Of a stretch of 64,000 nt of DNA, positions 62,190-64,000 are shown one piece after another. Where the stretch lies: positions 54,919 through 118,918 of IMG/VR virus record IMGVR_UViG_2862281513_000001; one strand, 5' to 3'. The notes beneath the pieces are model-generated. The model was given only the letters and a program-made list of their open reading frames with translations. It had not been told where the DNA came from and ran no database searches. This DNA comes from a virus (lineage: Duplodnaviria > Caudoviricetes). Made by a program: the position numbers and the translations under genes. How positions within the stretch are numbered: position 1 is the stretch's first letter; every line of letters begins with the position of its first letter.

Positions 62190-64000
62190 CCCACCGGGTC
62201 CCCGGCCGCCTCCGGGTGCTGCGTGCAGATCCGCAGCGCCTTCGCCCGAGCCTTCACGTAGCCCGCCTTGACCTGCTTGGCGTCCGTCCCCCAGGCCGCC
62301 GCCTCCGTATGTGCGGCGGGACCGGGCCGGTGCACGGCATACCAGCTCACCGGCTCCGCCGTGAAGGCCTCTTCCCACTGCCACGCCCATGCTTCGGCCA
62401 GCTCGTGCGCGCCCGGCGCGGCCACCAGCTCCTCTCCGTCCGGGCCGTAGACGATCGGCCCCAGGGACCAGATGCGAGCGCGGGCGGGCATCAGCTCGTG
62501 GACGTCGTCCAGGCCGCCGTGGCGGGCCGCCCACAGTGACGCGAGCCGCTCCTCGACGCTCACCTCCTGGCGGTGCTCCAGCTTCCACACCTCCGCCACC
62601 AGACGGGCGATCTCGGGCCGCCAGAACGCCTCCTGGTGCCGGTCGGGGAAGACGGCGACGTACAGCGTGCTGCCCGCCTGCCGGGGCACCGCGGGCCGGC
62701 CCCGGCCGCCCGCCACCGAAGGTCCGCCGCCTCCGTCGGTGCGGCCGCGGTTCAGCGACCGGTCGATTGCTTCCATCGCGTCGTCGTCGGCCTCCGGCAG
62801 CAGGTGCCCGTACGTGTCCGACGTCGTCTTGATCGACTCATGCCCGAGGCGGCGCTGCACGTAGGTCAGGCCGCGGCCCTCCGACAGCAGCACCGCGGCG
62901 TGCGAGTGCCGCAGGTCGTGCGGCGTCGGGTTCTTGTGGCTCGGCAGCAGACCGGCCTCCTTCGCCCGCTGCACGGCCCGCTGCCACCGGTCGTAGAACG
63001 TCGAGTAGTGCAGCCGCGCGCCGTGGTCGCCGGTGAAGTACAGCCGGCTCGGGTCGGCGTGGTCGTAGCCGCCCAGCTCCTCGACGGCGTCCACCACCGC
63101 CGAGGACACTCGCAGGCTGCGCCGGCCGCGCTTCGACTTCGGCACACCGATGTAGTAGCCGCCGTTGCCGTCCTTCTTCCAGGCCCGCTTGACTCGGATG
63201 ATCGGCTTCGCCGTCCGCCAGTCGACCAGGCACTCCGGGGCCAGCGCCGACACCTCGCCCCAGCGCATGCCGGTGCCGTACTTCACGAGCGCCAGCAGCT
63301 GGTCGGAGCGGCGCTCCATGCACTGGATGACGCCGTCCACCTCGTCGGGGGTGAGGAACTCGATGTCCTCGCCCTCGGCGCCGTCGTCGTCCGTGCGCGG
63401 CAGCGAGGTGAGGTCGCACGGGTTGCGGTCCCGCAGCGGCGGCTCGGCCTGCACCGCCTTCTGCAGCACCGCCGACAGCAGCCCGTGCAGGTTGCGGATC
63501 GTCTTCGGCGACATCGGGTGCAGCTTCGCCGCGCCGTTCTTCGGCGCCCGCCCCTTGTGGACCCGGGTCTTCTCCAGCGACCTCACCCACGCCTGCACCG
63601 TGTCGTGGTTGAAGTGCTCCACCGAACGCACGTCGCAGTTGGCGAACGTCGGGAACACCCAGCGCTCGAGGTCGCGGACGCAGTCCTTGCGGTACTGCTC
63701 CTGGATGCCGGTCTTGGTCTCGAACATCGCCAGGGCGAACGTGCGGAAGCGGTAGCGGTCCTCGGCCGGTACCTCCGCCTCGGGGTCGATGTACCCCTTG
63801 CCCTTCACCCAGCCGAGCGGCCACTGCTGGCCGTTGTCGTTGACGGCCTGGCAGAAGACTCTCGCGGCTTCCGCCCCAGCCTCGTCGCCGTCGAACAGCT
63901 CGCTCTGCCACATCCCGTTGCGGGCGCCCCCGAGGCGCCACTTCACGCGGTGGCTCGTGACCACCCCGTCCTTGTTCTCCATCGCCTTCACGTACGCCAT
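62174..64000 (-). CDS. int: Tyrosine recombinase/integrase with long C-terminal extension
   Basis: GMRWGE (R), PKS (K), HDLRH, LGH, DTYGH (catalytic Y at about residue 397 of 608). Confidence 0.95.
   Translation of the reverse strand: MAYVKAMENKDGVVTSHRVKWRLGGARNGMWQSELFDGDEAGAEAARVFCQAVNDNGQQWPLGWVKGKGYIDPEAEVPAEDRYRFRTFALAMFETKTGIQEQYRKDCVRDLERWVFPTFANCDVRSVEHFNHDTVQAWVRSLEKTRVHKGRAPKNGAAKLHPMSPKTIRNLHGLLSAVLQKAVQAEPPLRDRNPCDLTSLPRTDDDGAEGEDIEFLTPDEVDGVIQCMERRSDQLLALVKYGTGMRWGEVSALAPECLVDWRTAKPIIRVKRAWKKDGNGGYYIGVPKSKRGRRSLRVSSAVVDAVEELGGYDHADPSRLYFTGDHGARLHYSTFYDRWQRAVQRAKEAGLLPSHKNPTPHDLRHSHAAVLLSEGRGLTYVQRRLGHESIKTTSDTYGHLLPEADDDAMEAIDRSLNRGRTDGGGGPSVAGGRGRPAVPRQAGSTLYVAVFPDRHQEAFWRPEIARLVAEVWKLEHRQEVSVEERLASLWAARHGGLDDVHELMPARARIWSLGPIVYGPDGEELVAAPGAHELAEAWAWQWEEAFTAEPVSWYAVHRPGPAAHTEAAAWGTDAKQVKAGYVKARAKALRICTQHPEAAGDPVGQAES

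Larger units (their letters stand above)
1..64000. mobile_element. Part of a large integrative element, probably a Streptomyces-type prophage (integration, immunity, early and accessory regions); both ends lie outside the window
   Basis: Tyrosine integrase, divergent XRE pair, YqaJ/RecT, RusA, replication initiator and WhiB in phage-like order; no housekeeping or virion genes seen. Confidence 0.8.

Noticed and set aside
1-64000. Reverse transcriptase, transposase, virion genes, tRNA or att site
   Set aside because: No supporting motifs seen; att and structural genes, if present, lie outside the window, so prophage versus ICE is not settled.

Overview
High-GC actinobacterial (Streptomyces-like) DNA forming one arm of a large integrative element, most likely a prophage. 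No virion, lysis, rRNA, tRNA or CRISPR features were seen. From the right end: a tyrosine integrase with an unusual ~200-aa C-terminal extension (62174-64000), a cI/cro-like switch with operators, then a leftward early region (Xis-like protein, YqaJ, RecT, DEDDh exonuclease, RusA, three degenerate HNH paralogs, two WhiB, HTH replication initiator with internal iterons), and a membrane-protein/NERD block. The most notable feature is 1-26.3 kb, where all genes are on the minus strand and are divided into 1-4-gene units by 18 same-orientation copies of a ~95-bp element. On the coding strand it reads TGACCWGCGGTTT..TTGACC-N37/38-GGTCAA-TGATGAA..CACCACC with a central CCGGGATAAC-N3-GTTATCCCGG palindrome. 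At 11 of 17 junctions its first TGA is the stop codon of the preceding gene, and the copies are mosaics of each other. Cargo includes ParB plus two HTH-only ParB paralogs, C5 and N6 methyltransferases, two DUF3560 proteins, two stand-alone ComM N-terminal domains, a free-standing degenerate intein and a PP2C phosphatase. A divergent tandem-HTH gene heads the array and is a candidate regulator. All protein family calls come from motif recognition by eye, not database searches.
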